From NCBI GenBank assembly GCA_040882525.1, contig JBBEBD010000056.1, positions 7,451 to 71,450 of the forward strand: a stretch of DNA of 64,000 nucleotides, in the 5' to 3' direction. The stretch is from Balneolaceae bacterium. GTDB lineage: Bacteria; Bacteroidota; Rhodothermia; Balneolales; Balneolaceae. This document shows, in pieces, positions 1 through 9,785 of the stretch. The position numbers and the translations under genes are program-made. The first letter of the stretch is position 1; each line of letters begins with the position of its first letter. The notes beneath the pieces were generated by a model that was not told the origin of the DNA, searched no databases, and was given only the letters and a program-made list of their open reading frames with translations.

Positions 1-1157
1 TGCTGTTCATCCAGTGCATCAGGCAGATATTGGTCAGCTACACTTCCCATTATAGAGTTGGAGAATCCGGCTGCCCCGAAACCAAAACCAATCAATAAAA
101 TTATTCCGAGAGATCCGGCTTTCGGAAAACGTTCACTCATCATTCCCGTCATATTTGGAAAGAAAAAGGCAACTCCTCCGGCAAAAAATGTAGCCGCTAT
201 CATTAATGGAATCATTCCATCTTCTATGAAAGCAAACATTAATAATCCTATTCCAACTAAAAAAGACCCTCCTAAAAGCATTCCTGTAGGTGCAAATCTA
301 TTCACGAACGTACGGGCATTCACCCTCAAAACCAGCATAACCAGACTAATCCATACAAAGATCAGCATTCCATGAACACCGGCAGCCTGAAGTACTTCGG
401 GAATCCATCTGAGCGGACCCATTTCCATCGAAAGAGTGATCATTTTAAAAATAATTAATGCCCAGACCAGCGGATGAGTAAATACATACCGGAACATCTC
501 TTTCATTGGTATTCCAGCTTCTGCAGTCTCCGTTTTTGGAAATTTTTCAGGAAAAATCATGATTCCGTAAACCACAATAGGTATATAGATAATGGCTATC
601 TGCCATGTCCAGTGGCCAATGGCAAATGTACCCAGTGCACCTGTCTGCGCCATTATAAAACCAAGAAGCCCGCCCACGATATTTCCTAATGGAAAAAACG
701 CATGAAAATGATTGAGTTTTGTAACTTTGTCATCAGGATAAAGAGCAGCTGTCATCGGATTTCCCGCCACTTCGATTAACCCGTTACCTGCCCCAAATCC
801 TATCGCCCCGGCAAACAGAATCCAGAACGCTTCAGGTATCCCTGCAAATGGATATGCCAGCAAGAAAAGTGTCACACCACTGATATGCCCGATAAAAGCT
901 CCGATAGTCGCTTTTTTTAACCCAATCCGTTCCAGGAACGGGCCTACTGTAAGCAGGGAAATAGCCATCCCCCAAAGAGCCGCTCCGCCAATCATTCCCA
1001 CCTGCGAGTTTGTCAGAATAAATTCTGTTTTAAGCTGATAAAGAATGTTACTTACCAGCACAAATGAGAAGGCTGTTGGCAAAAGAGCAATACAGATACC
1101 CTTAAATAATTTATCGCGGTTGATATCACCACCGGACGCACTTTTTTTATTTTGCAT
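1..1157 (-). CDS. MFS sugar transporter, FucP/glucose-galactose-permease-like (partial; 3' end beyond window edge)
   Basis: Absent from the ORF track because it has no in-window stop. Reverse-strand ATG at 1155-1157 opens a frame that stays open to base 1 (about 385 codons): MQNKKSASGGDINRDKLFKGICIALLPTAFSFVLVSN...FGAGNGLIEVAGNPMTAALYPDDKVTKLNHFHAFFPLGNIVGG... The protein is multi-TM and hydrophobic, with a FucP-like E..(A)NP segment. Track ORFs 58..375 and 474..689 are antisense to it. Confidence 0.75.
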   Translation of the reverse strand, partial: MQNKKSASGGDINRDKLFKGICIALLPTAFSFVLVSNILYQLKTEFILTNSQVGMIGGAALWGMAISLLTVGPFLERIGLKKATIGAFIGHISGVTLFLLAYPFAGIPEAFWILFAGAIGFGAGNGLIEVAGNPMTAALYPDDKVTKLNHFHAFFPLGNIVGGLLGFIMAQTGALGTFAIGHWTWQIAIIYIPIVVYGIMIFPEKFPKTETAEAGIPMKEMFRYVFTHPLVWALIIFKMITLSMEMGPLRWIPEVLQAAGVHGMLIFVWISLVMLVLRVNARTFVNRFAPTGMLLGGSFLVGIGLLMFAFIEDGMIPLMIAATFFAGGVAFFFPNMTGMMSERFPKAGSLGIILLIGFGFGAAGFSNSIMGSVADQYLPDALDEQ

Positions 1158-1211
1158 GTTTAGTTCTGTTAAAAATTGTTTTTGTTAACTTCAGAAATAG
1201 AAAAGCCAGTG

Positions 1212-3269
1212 TTAATGAAAATTGATGCTTAGCCCTCCGTGAAAACTTCGATGGCTTCCCGGTTCAAAGTATCTCCCCCCAAACGCGTTGACAGATACAG
1301 ATGTAGTGTAATTTTCATTAAAAATATTATGGACAGAAACAAAAGGCTGAATGCTCCATCCTTCCCATGAAAGGCCGTTAAATAACCACCTGCCATTAAG
1401 AAGTGCATACCGTTCACTTGAACTGGTGTTACTACTGTTCAGGAAGTAATCTCCCACCCACTCCAGGTCCAGGCTTAATCTGTGGTTTCCTGCATATAGA
1501 GTTGAGGTTGTTGAAAAGCGGTGAGGAGCTACACCGGGTATATTATTCCCTTCATAATCACCATCTAAAAATTTTACATGTAAGTAGGTGTACATCCATT
1601 CAAAAGACAATGCATCAATGGGTTGTAACCTGAACCAGCTTTCTAAACCGGTATGTATTGTGTTCCCTTCATTGCGATAGTACACTCTTCCTTCTTCGTC
1701 TTCATCAAACGGGATGATTAGATCCTGGACACGCATTCCAAATAAAGTTACGTCGTACTCCAAATCCAGGCTTCTTATTACGCCGCGGTTTCCGGCTTCA
1801 ATGCCAATGGTTCGTTCAGGGTTTAAATCTTTATTAAATCCTGTAGCACCACCGGGCCGGTTTTTAAATTCGGTAGTCGTGGGAGACTCAAATGAAGTGC
1901 TTACATTCACAAACAAACGAGACTGGTTTAATTTGTAGATAAGACCAAAACTTGGATTCAGCGTAAGAAAGTCACGATCACCGTTTTCCATATTAATGTG
2001 GTCATCCGCACTGAAGTTCATTCTGTCAGCCCTCAATCCGAGACTAAAAGACAATTTTCCTGTGGGAATCACAGCCTGTGCAAATAGTGCCTGATTAGAT
2101 ACTTTTTCAAGCTGATCAAATTGCACTGTATCTCCCGGTTGTCCGGGGTCTTCTTCATTAAAATTGGTTTCCCACCTATTATCTCTTTGCCATTTAACCT
2201 CACTGCCTATTTGAAAATCAAACGGCAGTTTTTCAACATCGAATGTAGCGCGTGCGCCTCCTGCCAATCGTCCAACTGTAATATAGCTGAAGGGAAGAGG
2301 GTTTTTCAGGTCACGATAGGTGGCATGAGTGGTAACGGTCAGAAGCCCGCTGTCAAAATCCTGGTACAGCAAAGCAGCGCCCATAAGCTGATCAAAGCTT
2401 TTACCGGCATTTGCATCCGCAAAATTCTGACGTGCTGTTCTGGGATTTTCATCAGCTTCTTCACGCAAGAGAGACCCTGGATGCTGGGCATATGGCATGC
2501 CTGAATAAGCGGCTTTTGCCTCGATACGTGTATCTGGTGAAAGGTTTATATCAGCAGAGAGTCCGCCACGAATTAATTCCGATTGATTATGAGCGCGAAA
2601 ACCATCCGATTTATGATAGGTTCCATAGGCATTCCACTGGATGCCATTTATTTGCTTTGAGAACTGTGCCTCTTGCTTGAGTGTATTATAAGAGCCATAA
2701 CCGGATTTATAACGAAATACAGGAGCATCGCTGCCGGGACGGGTTCTCAGGAACAGTACCCCGCCGCTGCTGTTGCCCCAAAAAGTTGCCGAGGGCCCCC
2801 GGAGCAGTTCCACCGACCGGATCATAGCCGGATCCACAATATTCAGAATGGACTGGCCGTCAGCTACAGTGAGGGGGATATCATCCATTACTACCTGGAT
2901 ACCCCGCACACCAAACTGCGACCGCCACCCCATTCCCCTAATTGTCATCCGTTCACCTAAAGCATGATTTTCCCGGTTATTGATCCAAATTCCGGGCAAC
3001 GTCCAGGTAATTTCGTTCATACTTGAAGCACGCTGGGATGCCATCTCTTCCACACTTCTCAGCGAACGGCTTACAGCCATCGCAGCCTCCTCCATCGTTA
3101 CCGCGGAGTGGGCTGCTTCCACACGGATTGCTTCAAGGATCACCGAGAGGGTGTCCTGGGTTGAATTATCTTGTGCCAGGACATTCTTAGAACCCGGGTA
3201 GGCAATCAGTATACTTATAACAATCCATAATGCAGATCGCCTGCATCCGTATTCTTTCAATAAAACCAT
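1212..3269 (-). CDS. TonB-dependent outer-membrane receptor
   Basis: 685-aa ORF with a signal peptide. Plug-domain motifs are present (TIRGMGWRSQFGVRGIQVVMDDIPL...VELLRGPSATFWGNSSGGVLFL), followed by a long beta-barrel region ending ...HGGLSINFH. It lies 39 nt downstream of the dehydrogenase gene and 54 nt upstream of the MFS gene. Confidence 0.85.
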   Translation of the reverse strand: MVLLKEYGCRRSALWIVISILIAYPGSKNVLAQDNSTQDTLSVILEAIRVEAAHSAVTMEEAAMAVSRSLRSVEEMASQRASSMNEITWTLPGIWINNRENHALGERMTIRGMGWRSQFGVRGIQVVMDDIPLTVADGQSILNIVDPAMIRSVELLRGPSATFWGNSSGGVLFLRTRPGSDAPVFRYKSGYGSYNTLKQEAQFSKQINGIQWNAYGTYHKSDGFRAHNQSELIRGGLSADINLSPDTRIEAKAAYSGMPYAQHPGSLLREEADENPRTARQNFADANAGKSFDQLMGAALLYQDFDSGLLTVTTHATYRDLKNPLPFSYITVGRLAGGARATFDVEKLPFDFQIGSEVKWQRDNRWETNFNEEDPGQPGDTVQFDQLEKVSNQALFAQAVIPTGKLSFSLGLRADRMNFSADDHINMENGDRDFLTLNPSFGLIYKLNQSRLFVNVSTSFESPTTTEFKNRPGGATGFNKDLNPERTIGIEAGNRGVIRSLDLEYDVTLFGMRVQDLIIPFDEDEEGRVYYRNEGNTIHTGLESWFRLQPIDALSFEWMYTYLHVKFLDGDYEGNNIPGVAPHRFSTTSTLYAGNHRLSLDLEWVGDYFLNSSNTSSSERYALLNGRWLFNGLSWEGWSIQPFVSVHNIFNENYTTSVSVNAFGGRYFEPGSHRSFHGGLSINFH

Positions 3270-3308
3270 CTATAACTTATTTAAACTTTTTTATTTGACT
3301 TATCTAAA

Positions 3309-5588
3309 TTATTCATCAGGTAAAGTAAACGCATAGACAGTTCTGCCAATCCCAGGGGATATCGGTGATCGATATCTTCTGCCTCCGCCCCCGGCTACCT
3401 GTACTATATATTGTTTTCCATCTATTTCATATGTAGCCGGTGCCGAGTGTCCGGATGTTTCCATTTTAAAGTTCCATAGCAAATCACCAGTTTTTGCATC
3501 AAAAGCTCTGAACATAGCATCTTCAGTGGCAGCTATAAATACTACACCACCAGATGTTACTGCAGGCCCGCCAAAATTTTCAGCACCTGTATTCTGTTCA
3601 ATTCCCAGACTATCGAGTATTTCATATCGGCCTAACGGCACTTTCCAGGCAATTTCTGCTTTTTCAATATCTACAGCGACCAGCTCACCCCATGGCGGCG
3701 CAATAGCCGGCAAGCCATACTGGTCTGTAAAATGACGGAGCCTGTTTATATACTGAGGTGTTGTTGTCGACCAGGTATGATCGCCACTTCCTCCACTCCA
3801 TGTCGGTTCCCCTTCTCCCTCAACGATTTCAGTAACTTCGGATGATACGGCTTCTTCTCCACTCTGCAGATACTCTACAAGATTATCCAGTTCCTGACCA
3901 GTGATCCCTGCAAAAGCCGGCATGGCTCCCACACCAGAATTAATAATGGATTTTATTTCGTCCTCAGTTTTTTGAAGGTTATCAAGTGCGGGTATACCAT
4001 GATTTCCTTCACGACTCGCACCATGACACTGAGCACAATATGAATTAAAGGTTTGTTTACCTCTGCTAATTGGAGTCAATTCTTCAAATCCATCTGGTTG
4101 AATGGGAACGAGTGTTAAGACAAAAGGAATGTTATTGACATTGATATAATACATATTGTTCTCCGGGTCATAAGCGCCACCTCCCCACTCTGTGGCTCCA
4201 TGGATGCCTGGAACCGTTACCGTTCCCTCAATACTCGGTGGTGTATATGTCGGTCCTGTCCGAAAATTTTTCATTTCATTTTTTACGTATTCAAATGATT
4301 CGGGAGTAATTTGAGTTATATCAGACTCGTACATGGAAGTCCGTACAAGTGGCTCAGGCATCAATGGCCATTTTTGCGTTTCACAGGGCTGCTCACCCGG
4401 AGCACCATCTGTAGGGACGGATTTGTTCACGACCGGAAACAGCGGTTCTCCTGTGTCCCGGTCCAGAATATCCATAGTAGGATGCTTGCCAGTTTGTACA
4501 ACCACATCTCTTTCACTGCCATCTTCGTGAGTTACTGTTGCCAATACCGGTGCTGGTGGAAGATCATAATCCCAAATATCATGGCATAAAACCTGATAGT
4601 GCCAGATACGCTCACCTGTTGTGGCATCCAACGCAAGTACTGAATTTGCAAAAAGATTTTCGCCTTTTCTTGAACCGCCATAGAAAAATTCACCGGCCGC
4701 AGAGCCCGTGGCTGCAAATACCCATCCTCTTTCCTCGTCCACTGAGAGCCCGCCCCAGGGATTGGCTCCGCCATAAATCATACCATCTTCCCATTCCCAG
4801 GTATCATAGCCGTACTGTCCTTCTAAAGGTACGGTATGAAATGTCCACTGGTATTCACCGGTTATCGTATCCCACGCCCTGATATTCCCGGGAGCAATGG
4901 TATTACCTTCGCCTACCTTAGAACCAACGACCAGATAGTTACCATAGGTTACTCCCGGCGTTGTTACTTCTATCTGCCCGTCCAGATCTTCGTAATCCCA
5001 AACATGGTTATATTTTTGATCGATATAACCATTCTCGCCAAATGATTCGATCACTTCACCTGTTTTAGGGTGTACTGCCCAAATCAAATCTCTTGTAAAA
5101 TGGAAAATTCTCTCGTTTTCTCCGTTCTCATCCTCCCAATAGACGACTCCTTTCAGCAACTGACCACTAACCGGATAATCATCTCCATAAACTTCAGCAG
5201 CATTAAAAACCCATATTTCTTCACCTGTAGCAGCATTCAATGCGATAAGGTTCAGGTCATTATCCGCGAAATACATCAGGCCATCTATTACAATTGGATT
5301 GGATTGCATGCCCGGACCACTTAAACTTCTGGCTTCGTAGGTCCATGCCAACTCAAGCTGATCTACATTTTCATTGGTAATCTGATTTAAAGCTGAATAG
5401 TGGGTTGCCGATTTATCACCACGATAGGTAGCCCAATCTGTACTATTATTTAGTCTGTCTATCCAGCCAGTACCACCTCTGTCATGCCCCTCAGATTGGC
5501 AGCCGTAACCAATGGTAACAAACAGAATTGCTATTATATAAAAGTAAAGAGAACCAGGAGATTGAATAAGTTTCATAAAATTTACCAT
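3309..5588 (-). CDS. PQQ-dependent (glucose/quinate-type) dehydrogenase with an internal class I cytochrome c module
   Basis: 759 aa with a lipoprotein-like N-terminus (...TIGYGC). The propeller start is typical of PQQ dehydrogenases (DWATYRGDKSATHYSALNQITNENVDQLELAW). An internal heme-binding module is present (YCAQCHGASREG...GVGAMPAF), followed by further propeller blades (...AFDAKTGDLLWNFKM...). An alternative ATG lies at 5576. Confidence 0.85.
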   Translation of the reverse strand: MVNFMKLIQSPGSLYFYIIAILFVTIGYGCQSEGHDRGGTGWIDRLNNSTDWATYRGDKSATHYSALNQITNENVDQLELAWTYEARSLSGPGMQSNPIVIDGLMYFADNDLNLIALNAATGEEIWVFNAAEVYGDDYPVSGQLLKGVVYWEDENGENERIFHFTRDLIWAVHPKTGEVIESFGENGYIDQKYNHVWDYEDLDGQIEVTTPGVTYGNYLVVGSKVGEGNTIAPGNIRAWDTITGEYQWTFHTVPLEGQYGYDTWEWEDGMIYGGANPWGGLSVDEERGWVFAATGSAAGEFFYGGSRKGENLFANSVLALDATTGERIWHYQVLCHDIWDYDLPPAPVLATVTHEDGSERDVVVQTGKHPTMDILDRDTGEPLFPVVNKSVPTDGAPGEQPCETQKWPLMPEPLVRTSMYESDITQITPESFEYVKNEMKNFRTGPTYTPPSIEGTVTVPGIHGATEWGGGAYDPENNMYYINVNNIPFVLTLVPIQPDGFEELTPISRGKQTFNSYCAQCHGASREGNHGIPALDNLQKTEDEIKSIINSGVGAMPAFAGITGQELDNLVEYLQSGEEAVSSEVTEIVEGEGEPTWSGGSGDHTWSTTTPQYINRLRHFTDQYGLPAIAPPWGELVAVDIEKAEIAWKVPLGRYEILDSLGIEQNTGAENFGGPAVTSGGVVFIAATEDAMFRAFDAKTGDLLWNFKMETSGHSAPATYEIDGKQYIVQVAGGGGRRYRSPISPGIGRTVYAFTLPDE

Positions 5589-5622
5589 CTATATGTTATT
5601 AACTATTATTTTCAGCATTAAA

Positions 5623-7122
5623 TTAATCGGGCAGGATTCGTATCAAAGGATTTCTGAGGTGTACGCGTCCGTCGGATCCACTGGACTGAAAAGCGATTGT
5701 ACCCCATTCGAGGCGGGCTGTATCTTTATCATTAGAATCTTCTGTGAATTCATTCACAACTTCACCATTTACCTCTACAGTAACTGTGTTGTCGTTAACT
5801 TTAATGTAGTAGTTAAACCATTCATTATTCATGTGTAGTGTATTGTCTAACTCTGCCACACCCACTATACTTCCGGTTTTACTTCCTTCTTCACCACTGG
5901 CATTTATCTGTGCTTCAAATCCATATGTTGGATCGCCGTTTTCTTTATAGCGTGTATGAAAATATATACCTGAAGAGGATTCCGGTTCAGTATATACGTC
6001 AACCTGAAATTCAAAATTTTTAAAATATCCACCTGCTAAACGACCGTCATAAAAAAGGTTTCTTGCATCTCCCTCAATAATCAGATCCCCATTTTCCAGG
6101 CGAAAAGATTCACCGGTTGACGTGCTATCCAGTGTTGGCCAGCCGGTCTGGCCACTATACCATGGTGAGGAGGTCCAATCAACGACCCCTCCACTTTCGA
6201 CCCAGCCATTTAATGTGCCTTCATCATCCCATAGTGTTGTCCATCCGAGCCCTCGCTCACCTTCATATTCAGATACAGGTGTTCCATCATCCTGCAGTTT
6301 TCCGGTTGCCCAAAGCACGCCTGATGCTATCAGGTTTAAATTTACATCAGCACCCATTGATACATCATGATGCCCTAATGTACTGCTAAATACTTTGACC
6401 CCTTCATATTCATTAATCCAGGCTGTTTCATGGTATGCATGTGTTTCCACAGAGAAGGCATGAGTCAGTGGCTTAGCATTGTCATTTAATTCAACAATCA
6501 GATACAGTTCGCCCTTAGGAGTTCTCCAAGATCGAGGATAATTCTTAAGAATCGGATGATATGGGGCAAGAGTTTCGATTGTATAAGGGGGGGTATTGGG
6601 ATGATTTTCTTTCTCATGGTAGTAAGAAACAGCCCCGGTAAAATCCCACCAAATATTAGGAGCATCCCCTTCGGCATACTGATAAAGATGCATGGGACAA
6701 TGTAACATCATTGCCGGGACCTGGTGTTTTACATGCTGCTCCACAATTCCTTTTACATAGTCTTCATCCTTAACCTGAAGATTACAGTGATTATAAATCA
6801 CAAGATCAAAATCAGCCGCCCAGTCCTCCTGTAAATGCCTGGAAAAAAAGAAGTCTGTTGATGCCATTGTATTGGTATCCCCTCCCTCATAATCAATAGT
6901 AATATCTATATTCGATAATCGCTCCATTAAGCCATCATAAATCTGGTCTTTTTGTACATCATAATTGTGCCATGGGCCGCCTCCTGTAATCATTAATATA
7001 TTCAGCACCTCCGAATCGTTTTCATCTAAATGATTACTTAACACCGGCTCATTTATCCAGCATGTTATTAAAAAAGTTAATAAAGCATAGGACGTTAATT
7101 TATACATATTTTTTATGTTCAT
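5623..7122 (-). CDS. secreted ThuA-like domain fused to DUF1080 (3-keto-disaccharide-hydrolase-like) domain
   Basis: 499 aa with a signal peptide. The N-terminal part is ThuA-like (ILMITGGGPWHNYDVQKDQI...MMLHCPMH...STLGHHD). The C-terminal part is DUF1080-like (LGWTTLWDDEGTLNGW...SSGIYFHTRY...GTIAFQSSG...LRNPLIRIL). It is a close paralogue of 23320..24717. Confidence 0.8.
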   Translation of the reverse strand: MNIKNMYKLTSYALLTFLITCWINEPVLSNHLDENDSEVLNILMITGGGPWHNYDVQKDQIYDGLMERLSNIDITIDYEGGDTNTMASTDFFFSRHLQEDWAADFDLVIYNHCNLQVKDEDYVKGIVEQHVKHQVPAMMLHCPMHLYQYAEGDAPNIWWDFTGAVSYYHEKENHPNTPPYTIETLAPYHPILKNYPRSWRTPKGELYLIVELNDNAKPLTHAFSVETHAYHETAWINEYEGVKVFSSTLGHHDVSMGADVNLNLIASGVLWATGKLQDDGTPVSEYEGERGLGWTTLWDDEGTLNGWVESGGVVDWTSSPWYSGQTGWPTLDSTSTGESFRLENGDLIIEGDARNLFYDGRLAGGYFKNFEFQVDVYTEPESSSGIYFHTRYKENGDPTYGFEAQINASGEEGSKTGSIVGVAELDNTLHMNNEWFNYYIKVNDNTVTVEVNGEVVNEFTEDSNDKDTARLEWGTIAFQSSGSDGRVHLRNPLIRILPD

Positions 7123-7497
7123 TAGGAAAAGAATTAAGACTTAATCACTACTTAAGAGGATATAAACAGGTTCATTAATCAGAAAAGATTCAGACTTATG
7201 ATCGCTACAATAAGCAAGCATCTGCAATCTGTAAAAATCATATTCAAAGTTTTAGCATCTCTTACTATGGAACAATTGAAATTCTACTTACCCCGTAACA
7301 TTTTTGAAATTTAATTATGAACTCAATAAAAAAATTATTTCGAATTTTAATTAGATAAATTCAAAATACAGTGGTAGCCATAAATTAAAATTAGGGGTCG
7401 GTCTTTAGTTAATTGTTAATTCATATCAGAATCAGGCGGTATTAAAGAGTTTTAATATTGTACTGGATTGGAAGATTACACTAAAGACCTTTTAAAA

Positions 7498-9708
7498 ATG
7501 ACTTTTGCCTGTATCTTTTTGTTTGCTGTAATGCTTCAAGTACCCTTTCAAAATCAAAATAACATTCAGGAACCTTTGGCACTTCCCCTTATAAGTGACG
7601 AGATTGTTATTGATGGACATATCAACGAAAATATTTGGGATAAAATTGAACCTTTACCCCTGGCAGCCTATACTCCGGTTGCCGGTCTCTCGCCTTCAGA
7701 AAAAACAGAAATACGCTTCGCATATGATGCTAACTATCTTTATGCGTCAATAAGAGCTTTTGATTCGGAACCTTCTGCTGTACGGGCCAATACTTTGTAT
7801 AGGGATCGGTATAGTGGCGATGATCATATCCATATTTTACTTGACACATTCAATGATAATGAATCGGGTATGGTGTTTGTAGTCACTCCTACAGGGGCAA
7901 AAAGAGACCAACTGGTGTCGAATGATGGCGAAGGCAGCAACGCTATTAATACAGATTTTAATACCTACTGGGAGGCGGCAGCACAGGTTGACGAGAGGGG
8001 ATGGTATGCCGAAATTCGAATTCCATTTACAAGTCTTGGTTTTCAGGATGAAAATGGACGTGTTACCATGGGGTTATATGTGCAACGGGGGATTACAAGG
8101 AAAAATGAAAGGGTAACTTTCCCTGAAGTGCCTGATCATTTAACCCGCGCATATTACCGGCCTTCACTTGCTAAAAAAATTATTTTAGACAGTGTTTATA
8201 GTCAGCAGTCACTACATTTCACTCCTTATTTTACGGGTGGTTTGGAGCAAAAAAATGTACTCAATGACGCAGCAACAGATTTTTCAAGTCATAATAACCA
8301 CAAACTTGAACCCGGTTTCGATCTGAAATATGGAATTTCGAATAATATAAACCTTGATGTAACGGTTAACACAGATTTTGCACAAGTAGAAGCAGATGAT
8401 GAACAGGCAGATTTAACGCGCTTCAACATCTTTTTTCCCGAAAAACGGCAATTCTTCCTGGAAAAATCGGGTCTTTTCGAGTTTAATACCGAAGGATCCG
8501 GAAGACTTTTCCATAGCAGACGCATTGGTTTGACAGAAAAAGGAGAATCAGTTAGGATTCTGGGTGGTGGCAGGCTCTATGGGCGTATCGGATCATGGGA
8601 TGTTGGTTTATTAAATATGCAGACAGATAAACACCAGGAACTGCCCGGTACCAATTATGGAGTTGTTAGGTTCCGAAGAAGAATTGTGAATCCTTACTCA
8701 TATGCCGGTGCAATGTTTACTTCTAAAGTAACAGCTAATGGGTCTGATAACCTGAGTTTCGGTATGGACGGTTCAATACGATTAAAAGCAAATGACTATT
8801 TGGTTTGGACCTGGGCACAGACAATTGATGAAAATATCAATGACCTGTTATTTTGGGACGCTTCCCAGGTCAGGATTAATTGGGAACGGCGGACAAGAAG
8901 GGGGTTTTCATGGAAGTCAACCATTAACCGTACAGGTGATAAATATAATCCCGGAATAGGTTTTGTTCCCAGGTCAGACTATTTTCATATCGGACAGGAA
9001 ATCAATTATGGCTGGATGCCAGGAGAGAATTCACCTCTTCACTGGCATTCTCTCAAGCTGGATGGTTCCGTTTATTGGCGCACTACAGAGCCTGAAATTG
9101 AATCCGCAGAATATGGTGCTTTTTGGAACGGTGACACTAAAAATGGTGACCAAATAAGTACCGGGCTCACCTGGCATTACGAAGATATATTAACTGACTT
9201 TACAATTCTGGACAGGGCAAGAATTTTTCCGGGGGAATATTCTTTTTTCCGGGCCGAAGCGGGTTATCGAAGAGCCGCGGGTAGACTATTTCGCCCCGGG
9301 ATCGATGCAAATATTGGATCATTTTATGATGGTTGGAGATTGTTGCTCAATTTTTCTCCCAGGTGGAATCTTTCCAAACATTTTGAACTTGAAGCTTCCT
9401 GGTTGTATAATCTGGTTGATTTACCTTCGGAGCCCCGGAGATTTGATGCTCATATCGGTCAATTAAGAGTTCGAACAGCCTTGAATACACAACTGTCGAC
9501 TAACGCCCTTTTCCAGGTTAATTCATCGGCTAACCGGATTTTAACTAATATTCGATTTCGATATAATTTCCGGGATGGAAATGACTTATGGATTGTCTAT
9601 AACGAAGGTATACACACAAACCGACATCGCTCAGGCCTTGTGTGGCCGCGCATGGATACTCGTGTTCTAATGGCAAAATACACCCACACATTTCATGGCT
9701 CAAATTAA
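7498..9708 (+). CDS. CBM9-like / DUF5916-like outer-membrane-associated protein
   Basis: The track ORF starts at a TTG (7468). The ATG at 7498 gives a clean signal peptide (MTFACIFLFAVML...). The N-terminal motif IDGHINENIWDKIEPL is typical of carbohydrate-binding family 9-like domains, and a long beta-rich C-terminal region follows. Family assignment is by motif recall only. Confidence 0.6.
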   Translation: MTFACIFLFAVMLQVPFQNQNNIQEPLALPLISDEIVIDGHINENIWDKIEPLPLAAYTPVAGLSPSEKTEIRFAYDANYLYASIRAFDSEPSAVRANTLYRDRYSGDDHIHILLDTFNDNESGMVFVVTPTGAKRDQLVSNDGEGSNAINTDFNTYWEAAAQVDERGWYAEIRIPFTSLGFQDENGRVTMGLYVQRGITRKNERVTFPEVPDHLTRAYYRPSLAKKIILDSVYSQQSLHFTPYFTGGLEQKNVLNDAATDFSSHNNHKLEPGFDLKYGISNNINLDVTVNTDFAQVEADDEQADLTRFNIFFPEKRQFFLEKSGLFEFNTEGSGRLFHSRRIGLTEKGESVRILGGGRLYGRIGSWDVGLLNMQTDKHQELPGTNYGVVRFRRRIVNPYSYAGAMFTSKVTANGSDNLSFGMDGSIRLKANDYLVWTWAQTIDENINDLLFWDASQVRINWERRTRRGFSWKSTINRTGDKYNPGIGFVPRSDYFHIGQEINYGWMPGENSPLHWHSLKLDGSVYWRTTEPEIESAEYGAFWNGDTKNGDQISTGLTWHYEDILTDFTILDRARIFPGEYSFFRAEAGYRRAAGRLFRPGIDANIGSFYDGWRLLLNFSPRWNLSKHFELEASWLYNLVDLPSEPRRFDAHIGQLRVRTALNTQLSTNALFQVNSSANRILTNIRFRYNFRDGNDLWIVYNEGIHTNRHRSGLVWPRMDTRVLMAKYTHTFHGSN

Positions 9709-9785
9709 CCAAGGTTCAGCCTCATAATCTCATCATCTCCTGATCCCTACTTTTATTGATAAAATAAACCCAAACCGAGTTTAAA

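Noticed and set aside
58-689. Track ORFs 58..375 (+) and 474..689 (+) as genes
   Set aside because: They lie antisense to a continuous open frame of about 385 codons with clear MFS transporter character. Their own sequences are low-complexity (Pro/Lys/Ile-rich) with no motifs.
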